Shown here: piece after piece, positions 19,979 through 28,115 of the stretch
Position numbering within the stretch: position 1 is the first letter of the stretch
How the letters are laid out: the number at the start of each line of letters is the position of its first letter
Assembly: GCA_045627525.1 (NCBI GenBank)
Contig: JAZQNW010000001.1
Location: 186,395-250,394 of the forward strand
Direction of reading: 5' to 3'
From: Bacilli bacterium
GTDB taxonomy: Bacteria; Bacillota_I; Bacilli_A; RF39; UBA660
DNA length: 64,000 bases
Notes under the pieces: generated by a model
What the model saw: only the letters and a program-made list of their open reading frames with translations
Told to the model about the DNA's origin: nothing
The model's database searches: none
Made by a program: the position numbers and the translations under genes

Positions 19979-21349
19979 CTAATCTTTAATTATTTTAATT
20001 TTAACTTTTTTAGTTTTAGCACGATAATTTAATTTCAAGTCATCACCAGTAACAGAAACTTCAACTTCATGTTCACCTACACCATAGTTTTTCAAATCAA
20101 CATAAGCCTTTATTGAAGATGGATCTAAATTATTTACTATTTCTTCACTACCCTCTACAACTACTGTAATTTGACTATCATCTGCCGACAATGCTTGAAC
20201 TTTATAACCATCAGCTAAATTTTCATAACCTACTCTAACATTTTCAAATTCCTTAGTAATAGAATTATCAATATGTACATTTACTTTTAAAGTTTTAACA
20301 CTTATCTCAGTAATACCAGCAGGTTTCTTTAATGTAACATTAAATTCCTTATCTTGATCTAATCCAGCAACATCTAGATTAACTTCTAATTGATCTAATT
20401 TTTTAATAGATTCCTCATCACCATAAACAGTAACATTAGTAATATCAGTTACTATAGATTTAATAGATTTACCAAATGCTAAATTTCCTTTTGGTACTAT
20501 TTTAATTGGAACTTCCTTATAAGGAGAAATTATTGTAACTTTAGCGTCAACTGTCTTAGGAACTATTTCAACATCCAAAATCTTACCATTAGTATCATAA
20601 GCAACTAAAGGAACATCTTTTAATGTTTTTTCTCCAGCTTCTGGATTTGGAATACTTTCAGCATCAACTAATGCTTTAACTGTTGCTACTTTATCTAATT
20701 TATATTGAGCACCTTTTACAGTAACATCAGTACGATCAAGTTCAACATTACTAATATTTAATTTACTATCAAGACTATCTTGATGTAATAAATCAACAGT
20801 TAATGATTTAGTTGTACTCTTCTTTTCATAAATAGTAACAGTTACTTGTGAAGGATCTAACTTATAATCTAAAGATTTAAGTCTCTGCGTATACTTTAAA
20901 GTAACCTTATGATTACCTGGTTTTAAACCTGTTAAATCAACAGATACACCTTTTGAAGGTGACTGTTTAGCTAAAAATATATGTCTTTTTTGACCAACTA
21001 AAGTAATATCTACAGTATCTGGTAATCCCTCAACTACATATAATTCTTCATTATAAATAGCAGAAACTGGTTGATTATATAATATTTCAGCATATTGATC
21101 AATCATTACATTTGATTCTTGATCAATTATTACAAATACACCAAATGCTAAAAATAAACTGATAATCAATAGTGTTGATTTTTTACTAGCTAAGCGATCA
21201 ATACTTTTAGAATTATCTTTAAAGAAATCAGTTATTTTTAATACTAAACGTGTAACAGGGGTTATTAAAATTTTATCGAAGAAAGTTCCAATATGATGAA
21301 AAATTCTTCCTATCTTCTTAAACATTTTCTTCATATATCTCTTCCTCAT
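19979..21349 (-). CDS. cdaR: CdaR (YbbR-like) regulator of diadenylate cyclase; true start may be an internal Met (21334 or 21325)
   Basis: N-terminal TM followed by repeated YbbR-like beta domains; follows cdaA. Confidence 0.8.
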   Translation of the reverse strand: MRKRYMKKMFKKIGRIFHHIGTFFDKILITPVTRLVLKITDFFKDNSKSIDRLASKKSTLLIISLFLAFGVFVIIDQESNVMIDQYAEILYNQPVSAIYNEELYVVEGLPDTVDITLVGQKRHIFLAKQSPSKGVSVDLTGLKPGNHKVTLKYTQRLKSLDYKLDPSQVTVTIYEKKSTTKSLTVDLLHQDSLDSKLNISNVELDRTDVTVKGAQYKLDKVATVKALVDAESIPNPEAGEKTLKDVPLVAYDTNGKILDVEIVPKTVDAKVTIISPYKEVPIKIVPKGNLAFGKSIKSIVTDITNVTVYGDEESIKKLDQLEVNLDVAGLDQDKEFNVTLKKPAGITEISVKTLKVNVHIDNSITKEFENVRVGYENLADGYKVQALSADDSQITVVVEGSEEIVNNLDPSSIKAYVDLKNYGVGEHEVEVSVTGDDLKLNYRAKTKKVKIKIIKD

Positions 21350-22151
21350 CTATTTCTTCTTCATCATAATCTATATCATTTTTTGGTCGTAATTCATCAA
21401 TTAATAACATTCTAGCATCATCAATTGTTAAATTATATAATAATTCACCTTTTAATGCTATAGAAATTCGTCCTGTTTCTTCTGAAACAACTATACAAAT
21501 AGCATCTGTTTCTTCAGCCAAACCAAGAGCAGCTCTATGTCTAGTACCCAAGCGTCTATTTATTTTTCCACTATTACTAGTTGGGAAAACAGCACCAGCA
21601 CAAGTTATTCTATCTCCTTGAATAATAACACCACCATCATGAAGTGGATTACCTTCATAGAAAATAGCTATTAATAAATCACTTGTTAAATCAGCATATA
21701 ATTTTTTAGCCTTATCAATATAATTACCTAAACTAATATCTCGTTCTAATACAATTAATCCGCCAATTCTTTCTTTTCTTAAATAGTCAACAGCATTAAT
21801 TACTTCATAAACAACTCGTTCTCTCTCATCTACAGTTAACACCTTATGACGTCCTAATAATTGATTACGCCCTAATTGCTCCAAAACATTTCTAATCTCA
21901 GGTTGAAAAATTACAATTAAAGCAATTGGTCCCCATTGAATAAGATATTCCAATAAAACTCCTATAGTTGTAAATCCAAGCCAATCACTTATAAGTTTTA
22001 AAGCTATAATAAATACTAAACCTTTAAATAATAATGAAAGTTTTACATTATTTCTTATATTTTTTAATATTAAATAAAACACTAACCATACTAAAGAAAT
22101 ATCTGCAACATTTCTTAGTATAGATATGATATCTGTTAAAGTTATTGTCAT
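21318..22151 (-). CDS. cdaA: diadenylate cyclase CdaA
   Basis: Three N-terminal TM helices; DAC-domain motifs DGGVIIQGD, RHRAALGLAEETDAICIVVSEETGRIS. Confidence 0.9.
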   Translation of the reverse strand: MTITLTDIISILRNVADISLVWLVFYLILKNIRNNVKLSLLFKGLVFIIALKLISDWLGFTTIGVLLEYLIQWGPIALIVIFQPEIRNVLEQLGRNQLLGRHKVLTVDERERVVYEVINAVDYLRKERIGGLIVLERDISLGNYIDKAKKLYADLTSDLLIAIFYEGNPLHDGGVIIQGDRITCAGAVFPTSNSGKINRRLGTRHRAALGLAEETDAICIVVSEETGRISIALKGELLYNLTIDDARMLLIDELRPKNDIDYDEEEIDEEEIYEENV

Positions 22152-22213
22152 TACATCGTCTCCTTTAAAGTCACTATAATAGTATATCTAAAATTTAAAA
22201 ATTAGTAAAGTTT

Positions 22214-22753
22214 CTAACTAATAGTTTTATTATCAACAACAGTATCTGATGGTTGCTGATTCAATGTAGTATTATCAGCATCAACATTATTATTAAGAGC
22301 ATCATCAAATGATTTTTGCTTAGAACCAAGTACATTCAAAGTTTCAGAAACAGCAGCCACTTCCATAGGATTAATCATAACTGTAGCTTTTGGAAGTGTC
22401 GTTTTTTGTTTTTCAGGTTCGACAGGTTTAGATATTGGTGTTTTAACAATTTCTGGAGGTACATCCACAAAATTAGCAGGAACAGCAGCTTCCATAATCT
22501 GTGTTTCATTAACAGCTTGTAAAGAATCAGAACTAGTAGAAACACCATCTAAAGAAACTGTAACAGAGTCTTTTTTTCCGTCAGAGCCAAGCAAAACAAC
22601 ATGCGATTCATCAAATTTCTTTTTTGCTTCTTTTGCTTTTAAATTTCTCTTTTTGATAAGGGAAATACACACACAAATTAAAACAATAGAAACTATAGAA
22701 ACAATAATATAAAGAGGTCCAACTAATATATCTCTAAAAAAAGTAATCATCAT
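22214..22753 (-). CDS. hypothetical signal-anchored protein with low-complexity S/T/N-rich region
   Basis: N-terminal TM, K-rich juxtamembrane segment, no family recognised. Confidence 0.4.
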   Translation of the reverse strand: MMITFFRDILVGPLYIIVSIVSIVLICVCISLIKKRNLKAKEAKKKFDESHVVLLGSDGKKDSVTVSLDGVSTSSDSLQAVNETQIMEAAVPANFVDVPPEIVKTPISKPVEPEKQKTTLPKATVMINPMEVAAVSETLNVLGSKQKSFDDALNNNVDADNTTLNQQPSDTVVDNKTIS

Positions 22754-22832
22754 CTCAATTTGCCACCCCTATCTTACTATATATCATATCATTTTAGAAA
22801 AAAATTATCAACCAATAATGAGAGAAAAAAAA

Positions 22833-22845
22833 AGAGCAAAGCTCT
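22833..22845 (-). terminator. intrinsic terminator
   Basis: AGAGC-aaa-GCTCT hairpin followed by T-run on minus strand. Confidence 0.4.
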
Positions 22846-23046
22846 CTATTTAGTTTCAATATGATTAAATAATATACCAATATTGAAAAGTCCACTTATA
22901 CCAACTAGTGTATAAATAATATTAGAAAATAAACTATCGGCACCAAAAATTGCAGCTACTAAGTTGAAATTTAATAATCCAATCAAACCCCAATTAACAG
23001 CACCAATAATTGTAATAACTAATAACACTTTTTGCAATGTTTCCAT
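22846..23046 (-). CDS. DUF378 small membrane protein (start moved to METLQ Met with GGAGG RBS)
   Basis: GAVNWGLIGLLNFNLVAAIFG DUF378 signature. Confidence 0.7.
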   Translation of the reverse strand: METLQKVLLVITIIGAVNWGLIGLLNFNLVAAIFGADSLFSNIIYTLVGISGLFNIGILFNHIETK

Positions 23047-23116
23047 ATATCTTCCTCCTATACATAGGATAAGCAAAAAATAAAATTTTATACAAAAAGT
23101 AGAAATAATTTTATTT

Positions 23117-24085
23117 CTACTTAATTCTTCTTACTCCAATAATTTTATCAGCAGAACCTCTTTCCCAAGCAGCAACATTGCTAAGTAAAACTCCCTGACT
23201 TGGATTTGTCGCATGAATCATTAATCCATTTCCAACATATAATGCTGAATGAGTAGCAACTCCAGAACTATGTCCCCAGTTAATAATATCCCCTGGCATT
23301 ATATCTGAATAATTTACAGCTACACCATCATACATTTGAGTACTACTACTTCTGCTAATAGAAATTCCAACCATTTTGTATACATATTGCACAAAACCAC
23401 TGCAATCAAAACCACTCGGACTATTACCACCAGAAACATATGGACTACCAATTAAAGAATAAGCAATATTTATAAGCTGATCATTAATTGGTCGCGCATT
23501 AACAACTACATCATATGATTTTTCCGTTTTATTTCCATTTTTATCAACAGCAACGACTTTAACAGTATAATCCCCAGGAATCATATTATTAAAATCAGTT
23601 TCTATAGAATAATATCCAACAGATTCATCAGTAATATCCGAATAATTAATGTATGGAAGATCACCATCAACTTCATCTAAAATAGAATTGATATTATTTA
23701 GATAATCAAAAGAATCACCCTGATCAATAGTAATATTATCGCCCAAATCAATTTCTGGACCAGTAGTATCCTTTACTTCAACAGTAATTGGAACTTCTCT
23801 AGTAACTTTACCCTTTGAAACTTTCAAAACTACTTCCTGAAAACCTATTTCATCAGTTTCTATATCATTACTAACAGAAACTATTTTTCCATCAACCTTA
23901 TTTACTAGTTTATTAATATCATAATTAGGTGTACCATATTCTATTACAACTGAATCTGCAACAGAAACACCTATACTATTATAAATTTTATTATATCTAT
24001 AAGCATATAATACTAAAACTATAATCAAAATTAAAAATACTATTTTAACTACACGTCTAATCGACGGTAATACATCACTCTTCAT
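23117..24085 (-). CDS. NlpC/P60 peptidoglycan endopeptidase with N-terminal TM and Ig-like (GPEID, DUF5011-like) domains
   Basis: C-terminal NlpC/P60 catalytic Cys (DCSGFVQYVY) and His (HSALYVGNGLMIHA); start reassigned to MKSDV with GGGAGTG RBS. Confidence 0.8.
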   Translation of the reverse strand: MKSDVLPSIRRVVKIVFLILIIVLVLYAYRYNKIYNSIGVSVADSVVIEYGTPNYDINKLVNKVDGKIVSVSNDIETDEIGFQEVVLKVSKGKVTREVPITVEVKDTTGPEIDLGDNITIDQGDSFDYLNNINSILDEVDGDLPYINYSDITDESVGYYSIETDFNNMIPGDYTVKVVAVDKNGNKTEKSYDVVVNARPINDQLINIAYSLIGSPYVSGGNSPSGFDCSGFVQYVYKMVGISISRSSSTQMYDGVAVNYSDIMPGDIINWGHSSGVATHSALYVGNGLMIHATNPSQGVLLSNVAAWERGSADKIIGVRRIK

Positions 24086-24109
24086 GTTATCACTCCCTGA
24101 ATGCCTAAT

Positions 24110-24138
24110 ATAATAACACAATCAAAATTATATGTCAA
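24110..24138 (-). promoter_or_regulatory. sigma-A-type promoter TTGACA-17-TATTAT (copy 1 of duplicated element)
   Basis: Perfect -35, 17-nt spacer containing AATTTTGATTGTG, -10 TATTAT, ~25 nt upstream of NlpC/P60 gene RBS. Confidence 0.45.
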
Positions 24139-24188
24139 AAATTATACTATTAATAACATAACCAAAAATAAAAAAAATATGAATTAAT

Positions 24189-24617
24189 TTAATAATTCAT
24201 TTTCTTTTTATATATTTTTTCTTTTTCTTTATTTGGCAATAATGACTCCAATCTTTCAATATTTTCTTCTACACTATGTCCATCATATTTTAAAGCTCTT
24301 TCCAATTCAGGAACATTAAAATAATCCCAATATTTTAGTTTTAAATGAAAAGTAACTGAACCATTAGGAGTATTAATTCCAGCAATAAAATCACCATTAA
24401 ACATAGGATCATTCTCTTCATCATAATGCTTTTTAGATTTCCAAGCAATATCAGGATTATTATTGCAAACTATCGCAAAAAGAATAGTTCTACATTCATA
24501 TAACTGAGCAAAACTATGATGAGTATCAGTTATTCCTTTTGTTGACATACCCGCATCAGAAGCAGTTTCAATAGATGTATTTATTACTTTTAATGTTAAA
24601 TCACTCATAAAACTCAC
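24189..24617 (-). CDS. hypothetical protein, 142 aa, no family recognised
   Basis: Clean ORF with GAGGTGAG RBS and own promoter; sits between NlpC/P60 gene and ATP-grasp gene. Confidence 0.5.
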   Translation of the reverse strand: MSFMSDLTLKVINTSIETASDAGMSTKGITDTHHSFAQLYECRTILFAIVCNNNPDIAWKSKKHYDEENDPMFNGDFIAGINTPNGSVTFHLKLKYWDYFNVPELERALKYDGHSVEENIERLESLLPNKEKEKIYKKKMNY

Positions 24618-24633
24618 CTCAATATTGCTAAAT

Positions 24634-24662
24634 ATAATATCACAATCAAAATTTCATGTCAA
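24634..24662 (-). promoter_or_regulatory. sigma-A-type promoter TTGACA-17-TATTAT (copy 2 of duplicated element)
   Basis: Same -35, spacer core AATTTTGATTGTG and -10 as copy 1, differing at ~4 positions. Confidence 0.45.
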
Positions 24663-24672
24663 AAAATATATA

Positions 24673-25794
24673 TTAAATTTTTTTATTATCAGTTTTAACA
24701 TATAGAACATTTGAAAAATCAGTATTTTCTAAAGAACTATCATCAGATTCTTCAAAAGGTGTAAAACTATCCAAATTAAATATACTACTATTTTTACCAT
24801 ACATATCTCTAGACAATTTTCCACTCATATGTATTACACCAGGTATCCCCATATAACAAATACTCCTTAAATCACTAGAAAAACTATTAGGTACATCAAC
24901 AAGATTTTGCCTATCATTTATTAAAGTTCCACTAGTGTTAAAATCATCAAATCTGTCAGCAAATTCAAGTGAAACATCATCTACATTTTGATGAGTTAAC
25001 TCCTCTCTAATATCATATATTGAATTATATAAATATATACCCGAAGCATGTATTGGATTAAACTCTACTATATCCATTTGCCTATTACTTGATTCATCAA
25101 GATAAGAAAATAAATCAACAACATAATATTTAGGAAAATAACTCGGTATACTTTTAACAATTGATTTAATATTTTCAACATCATCTTCTGAAATTTTATG
25201 AAGAATATCATATGTAATTCTAGATATATTTGCTACTTGTCCATCTAATACAAAACATCTGTATTCAATTAGTCCTTTTTCATCACAACATATATTTACA
25301 AAATCACTTATTATAAAATCATCATCTTGATGCAATAATAACGCTTTAAAAAAATTAGTATTTTCATCTAACAATATTTTACTATCTATAACATCACTAA
25401 AATCTTTATTTTTGGTTTTTATAAATATATTATCACCATATTCATTTATTATTCGTAATACATTTTGATTATCTAACAAGTCACTGCCTTTTACAATTTC
25501 CATTTTTCTTTTCAATTTTATATATTTTGGCCACTCTAATATCATTTTAATGTCTTCATTACTAACAACAGGTAATCCCCCATGACTTACTATTGATTCA
25601 TTCATATCAAATACTTGAATGCTACCTGTTCTTGGAAATATAACAGAACTACTAATATCAATTAAATGATTATTTTCATCAAAAAACTCCTTTCTTTCTG
25701 AATCATAAAAAAGAAGATTTTCTTTTTGTCGAGCTCGTTTAATTTCATTACTTGTATATTCAAAGTTTATATTTTTATCAAAACAATAATACAT
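24673..25794 (-). CDS. ATP-grasp family enzyme of unknown substrate (DUF4343-like)
   Basis: IFIKTKNKDFSDVI (FxKP..K.F.G-like), EYRCFVLDG and MDIVEFNP (D-x-E-x-N Mg site) ATP-grasp motifs; own TGTATAAT extended -10 upstream. Confidence 0.55.
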   Translation of the reverse strand: MYYCFDKNINFEYTSNEIKRARQKENLLFYDSERKEFFDENNHLIDISSSVIFPRTGSIQVFDMNESIVSHGGLPVVSNEDIKMILEWPKYIKLKRKMEIVKGSDLLDNQNVLRIINEYGDNIFIKTKNKDFSDVIDSKILLDENTNFFKALLLHQDDDFIISDFVNICCDEKGLIEYRCFVLDGQVANISRITYDILHKISEDDVENIKSIVKSIPSYFPKYYVVDLFSYLDESSNRQMDIVEFNPIHASGIYLYNSIYDIREELTHQNVDDVSLEFADRFDDFNTSGTLINDRQNLVDVPNSFSSDLRSICYMGIPGVIHMSGKLSRDMYGKNSSIFNLDSFTPFEESDDSSLENTDFSNVLYVKTDNKKI

Positions 25795-25930
25795 ATTAAT
25801 CCCCCAATATGAACAAATATACCATATTTTTAATACTTTATAAAATCATTATACAAAAAACTATAAAAATCGGCTAAAATAGTTAGTTTTCATTTACCTA
25901 CATAAACAAAATATTAAATAATAATGAAAA

Positions 25931-25955
25931 AGAGAACTTATTATTAAAATTCTCT
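25931..25955 (-). terminator. intrinsic terminator downstream of tmRNA
   Basis: GAGAAUUUUAAUAAUAAGUUCUC hairpin followed by U5 on minus strand; preceded by AGUCAAAAUUGACU palindrome. Confidence 0.4.
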
Positions 25956-25990
25956 ATTTTATATAAAGTCAATTTTGACTATTTTACTAT

Positions 25991-26368
25991 TGGTGGAGCT
26001 GAGGAGAATCGAACTCCTGTCCGAAAATAAAGCTACACAAACCTCTACAAGCTTAGTTAACTAATTATTCTCATATATCAACCAAGTAATTAACGACCAA
26101 GTCAATATACCAGCCTTAAATTCTTTCTATTTTTCAGGCAAAAAATAGCTATATTCCACTAAAAATGAACCTTCAAAAATCTACGTGGATAAAGATAAAT
26201 GAAAGTGCAGGCCTTATATTATTAGGCAAAAGCAACAGCTTGGCGAGAACCAAACATATTAGCTACTGCGTTTTTAATTTTGTTTGCGTTTATTTTTTTG
26301 TGTCCGTGACGTGGACATTCGACTTGCCATCTGTGCTCAAATATTCCCGTCGAAACCATGTCAGCCCC
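25991..26368 (-). ncRNA. ssrA: tmRNA (SsrA)
   Basis: Minus strand begins GGGGCUGACAUGGUUUCGACGGG and ends GGACAGGAGUUCGAUUCUCCUCAGCUCCACCA; internal tag ORF ...ANKIKNAVANMFGSRQAVAFA-UAA (stop at 26222-26224). Confidence 0.92.
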
Positions 26369-26486
26369 ATGTGAAGTAATTATATCATAAAAAGCAAAAT
26401 AATTCTAGTTGTATAAAAAAAAAGAAATTTTTACAAATTTCTTATTAAAATTAATGTATATAAATAACAATTAATAGAACTTAAAG

Positions 26487-26924
26487 TTAATAATTTTTCA
26501 AATTACTTTGAACTTCTCGTTTTAAATCTCGTTCTTTAATAGATTCTCTTTTATCGTAGTCTTTTTTACCTTTACAAACACCTAATGCTACTTTTAATCT
26601 ATTATTTTTAAAATATAATTTCAAAGGTACTAAAGTTAATCCCTTAACCTCAATAGCATTGGATAATTTTTTTATTTCTTTTTTATGTAATAACAATTTT
26701 CTATTACGTGTTTCTTCATGATTAAAAATATTACCTTCCTTATATTGTCCGACATACATATTTAAAAGATATACTTCATTATTTTTTATTATTCCATAGC
26801 AATCTTTAATATTACAATTTCCGGCTCTAATTGACTTTATTTCTGTACCAGTAAGTACAATACCAGCCTCATATGTTTCTTCAATGAAATAATCATGATT
26901 AGCTTTTCTATTTAAAATTTCCAT
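26487..26924 (-). CDS. smpB: SsrA-binding protein SmpB
   Basis: Strong SmpB conservation (GIVLTGTEIKS, LLLHKKEI). Confidence 0.9.
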   Translation of the reverse strand: MEILNRKANHDYFIEETYEAGIVLTGTEIKSIRAGNCNIKDCYGIIKNNEVYLLNMYVGQYKEGNIFNHEETRNRKLLLHKKEIKKLSNAIEVKGLTLVPLKLYFKNNRLKVALGVCKGKKDYDKRESIKERDLKREVQSNLKNY

Positions 26925-26928
26925 TTTA

Positions 26929-28113
26929 TCACTCCCAAGTAAGTCCCCATGTCAAATCAGGATAAAATTCATTAACAATTTTTTTATATTTATCATAATA
27001 ACCCTGATAATTATTAAGAATAGTATTGTCTAATTTTGAATATGGTATAACTTTAAAATTCTTATGATCTTTTGTATATATCAAATCAGCTTTTGGATTT
27101 ATTACTGAAACTTTAACAGAATCATCAACATCAACAACTTTTTTTATAGTAAGTTCCATCATTAACCCTGTTAAATTATCAATATCTCCTTGATCAGATA
27201 TAAAATTACCCAATGAATATATAACAAAAGTTTTACCATCATTAATATATTCTAATGATTCAACAACATGTGGATGTGCTCCTATTATAATATCAACACC
27301 CAAATTTGACAAGTAATTAGCAATTTCATCTTGTTTACTGCTTACACCAAAAGAATATTCAGTTCCCCAATGCATAGCAACTAAAACTACATCCACTTTA
27401 TCTCTTACTGCTTCTATATCATTCTTAGCCTTTTCAGGTGAATATACGTTATTTAAATATTCTTTTCCCACAGGAGTTTCTAATCCATTTGTCCATGTAG
27501 TATAAGAAAAAAATGCATATTTTATACCATTAACTTCATAAATCTTTTGAACCATATTATTTCTATCTTCAAAAGATGACCATTGTCCTGATGTTACTAC
27601 ATCTTTTTTCGATTTCCAATAATTAACAGAATTTAAAACACCTGTTTCACCTTTATCCATTGTATGATTAGTAGCTAAAGAAACTAGATTAAACCCAGCA
27701 TCAATAAACGCATCACCAACTTCAGAAGGAGAATTAAAACGCGGATAACTAGAATAACCCAATTCACTACCACCTAAAATTGTTTCTTGATTATAATAAG
27801 CTAAATCATATTTAGAAGAAATAGGTTTTATATACTCAAGCATTGGTTTAAAATCATAACTTCCATCACTTTTTAATGCATCATGATAAACACCATAATG
27901 AATCAATGCATCGCCTACCATAAACAATGTTGCTGTATACTCTTTAGGCTTTTTTACCTCTACTTTTTCTGGCTTTGGTTTATCAATATTCTTATTTTTT
28001 TTTGATAAATTATCATTAAAAAAAGCTATTTTTATAAGCAAAAAAAGAAGAAAAATCAAAAACACCTTAACCCACAATTTAAACTTTCTTTTAATTTTTC
28101 TTCTTACTGCCAT
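26929..28113 (-). CDS. CapA/PgsA-family metallophosphatase-like membrane-anchored protein
   Basis: MVGDALIHYG and IIIGAHPHVVESLE...YSLGNFISDQ CapA (PGA_cap) motifs; N-terminal TM. Confidence 0.75.
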   Translation of the reverse strand: MAVRRKIKRKFKLWVKVFLIFLLFLLIKIAFFNDNLSKKNKNIDKPKPEKVEVKKPKEYTATLFMVGDALIHYGVYHDALKSDGSYDFKPMLEYIKPISSKYDLAYYNQETILGGSELGYSSYPRFNSPSEVGDAFIDAGFNLVSLATNHTMDKGETGVLNSVNYWKSKKDVVTSGQWSSFEDRNNMVQKIYEVNGIKYAFFSYTTWTNGLETPVGKEYLNNVYSPEKAKNDIEAVRDKVDVVLVAMHWGTEYSFGVSSKQDEIANYLSNLGVDIIIGAHPHVVESLEYINDGKTFVIYSLGNFISDQGDIDNLTGLMMELTIKKVVDVDDSVKVSVINPKADLIYTKDHKNFKVIPYSKLDNTILNNYQGYYDKYKKIVNEFYPDLTWGLTWE

Positions 28114-28115
28114 AC

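Noticed and set aside
24086-25990. Searched for integrase, att direct repeat or transposase flanking the tmRNA-adjacent cassette
   Set aside because: No recombinase-like ORF and no obvious repeat of the ssrA 3' end seen by eye; island hypothesis kept only as context, not called as a mobile element
26165-26374. ORF-track 69-aa plus-strand ORF
   Set aside because: Lies entirely antisense within the tmRNA gene; tmRNA identity is unambiguous from 5' GGGGCUGA and 3' CUCCACCA ends
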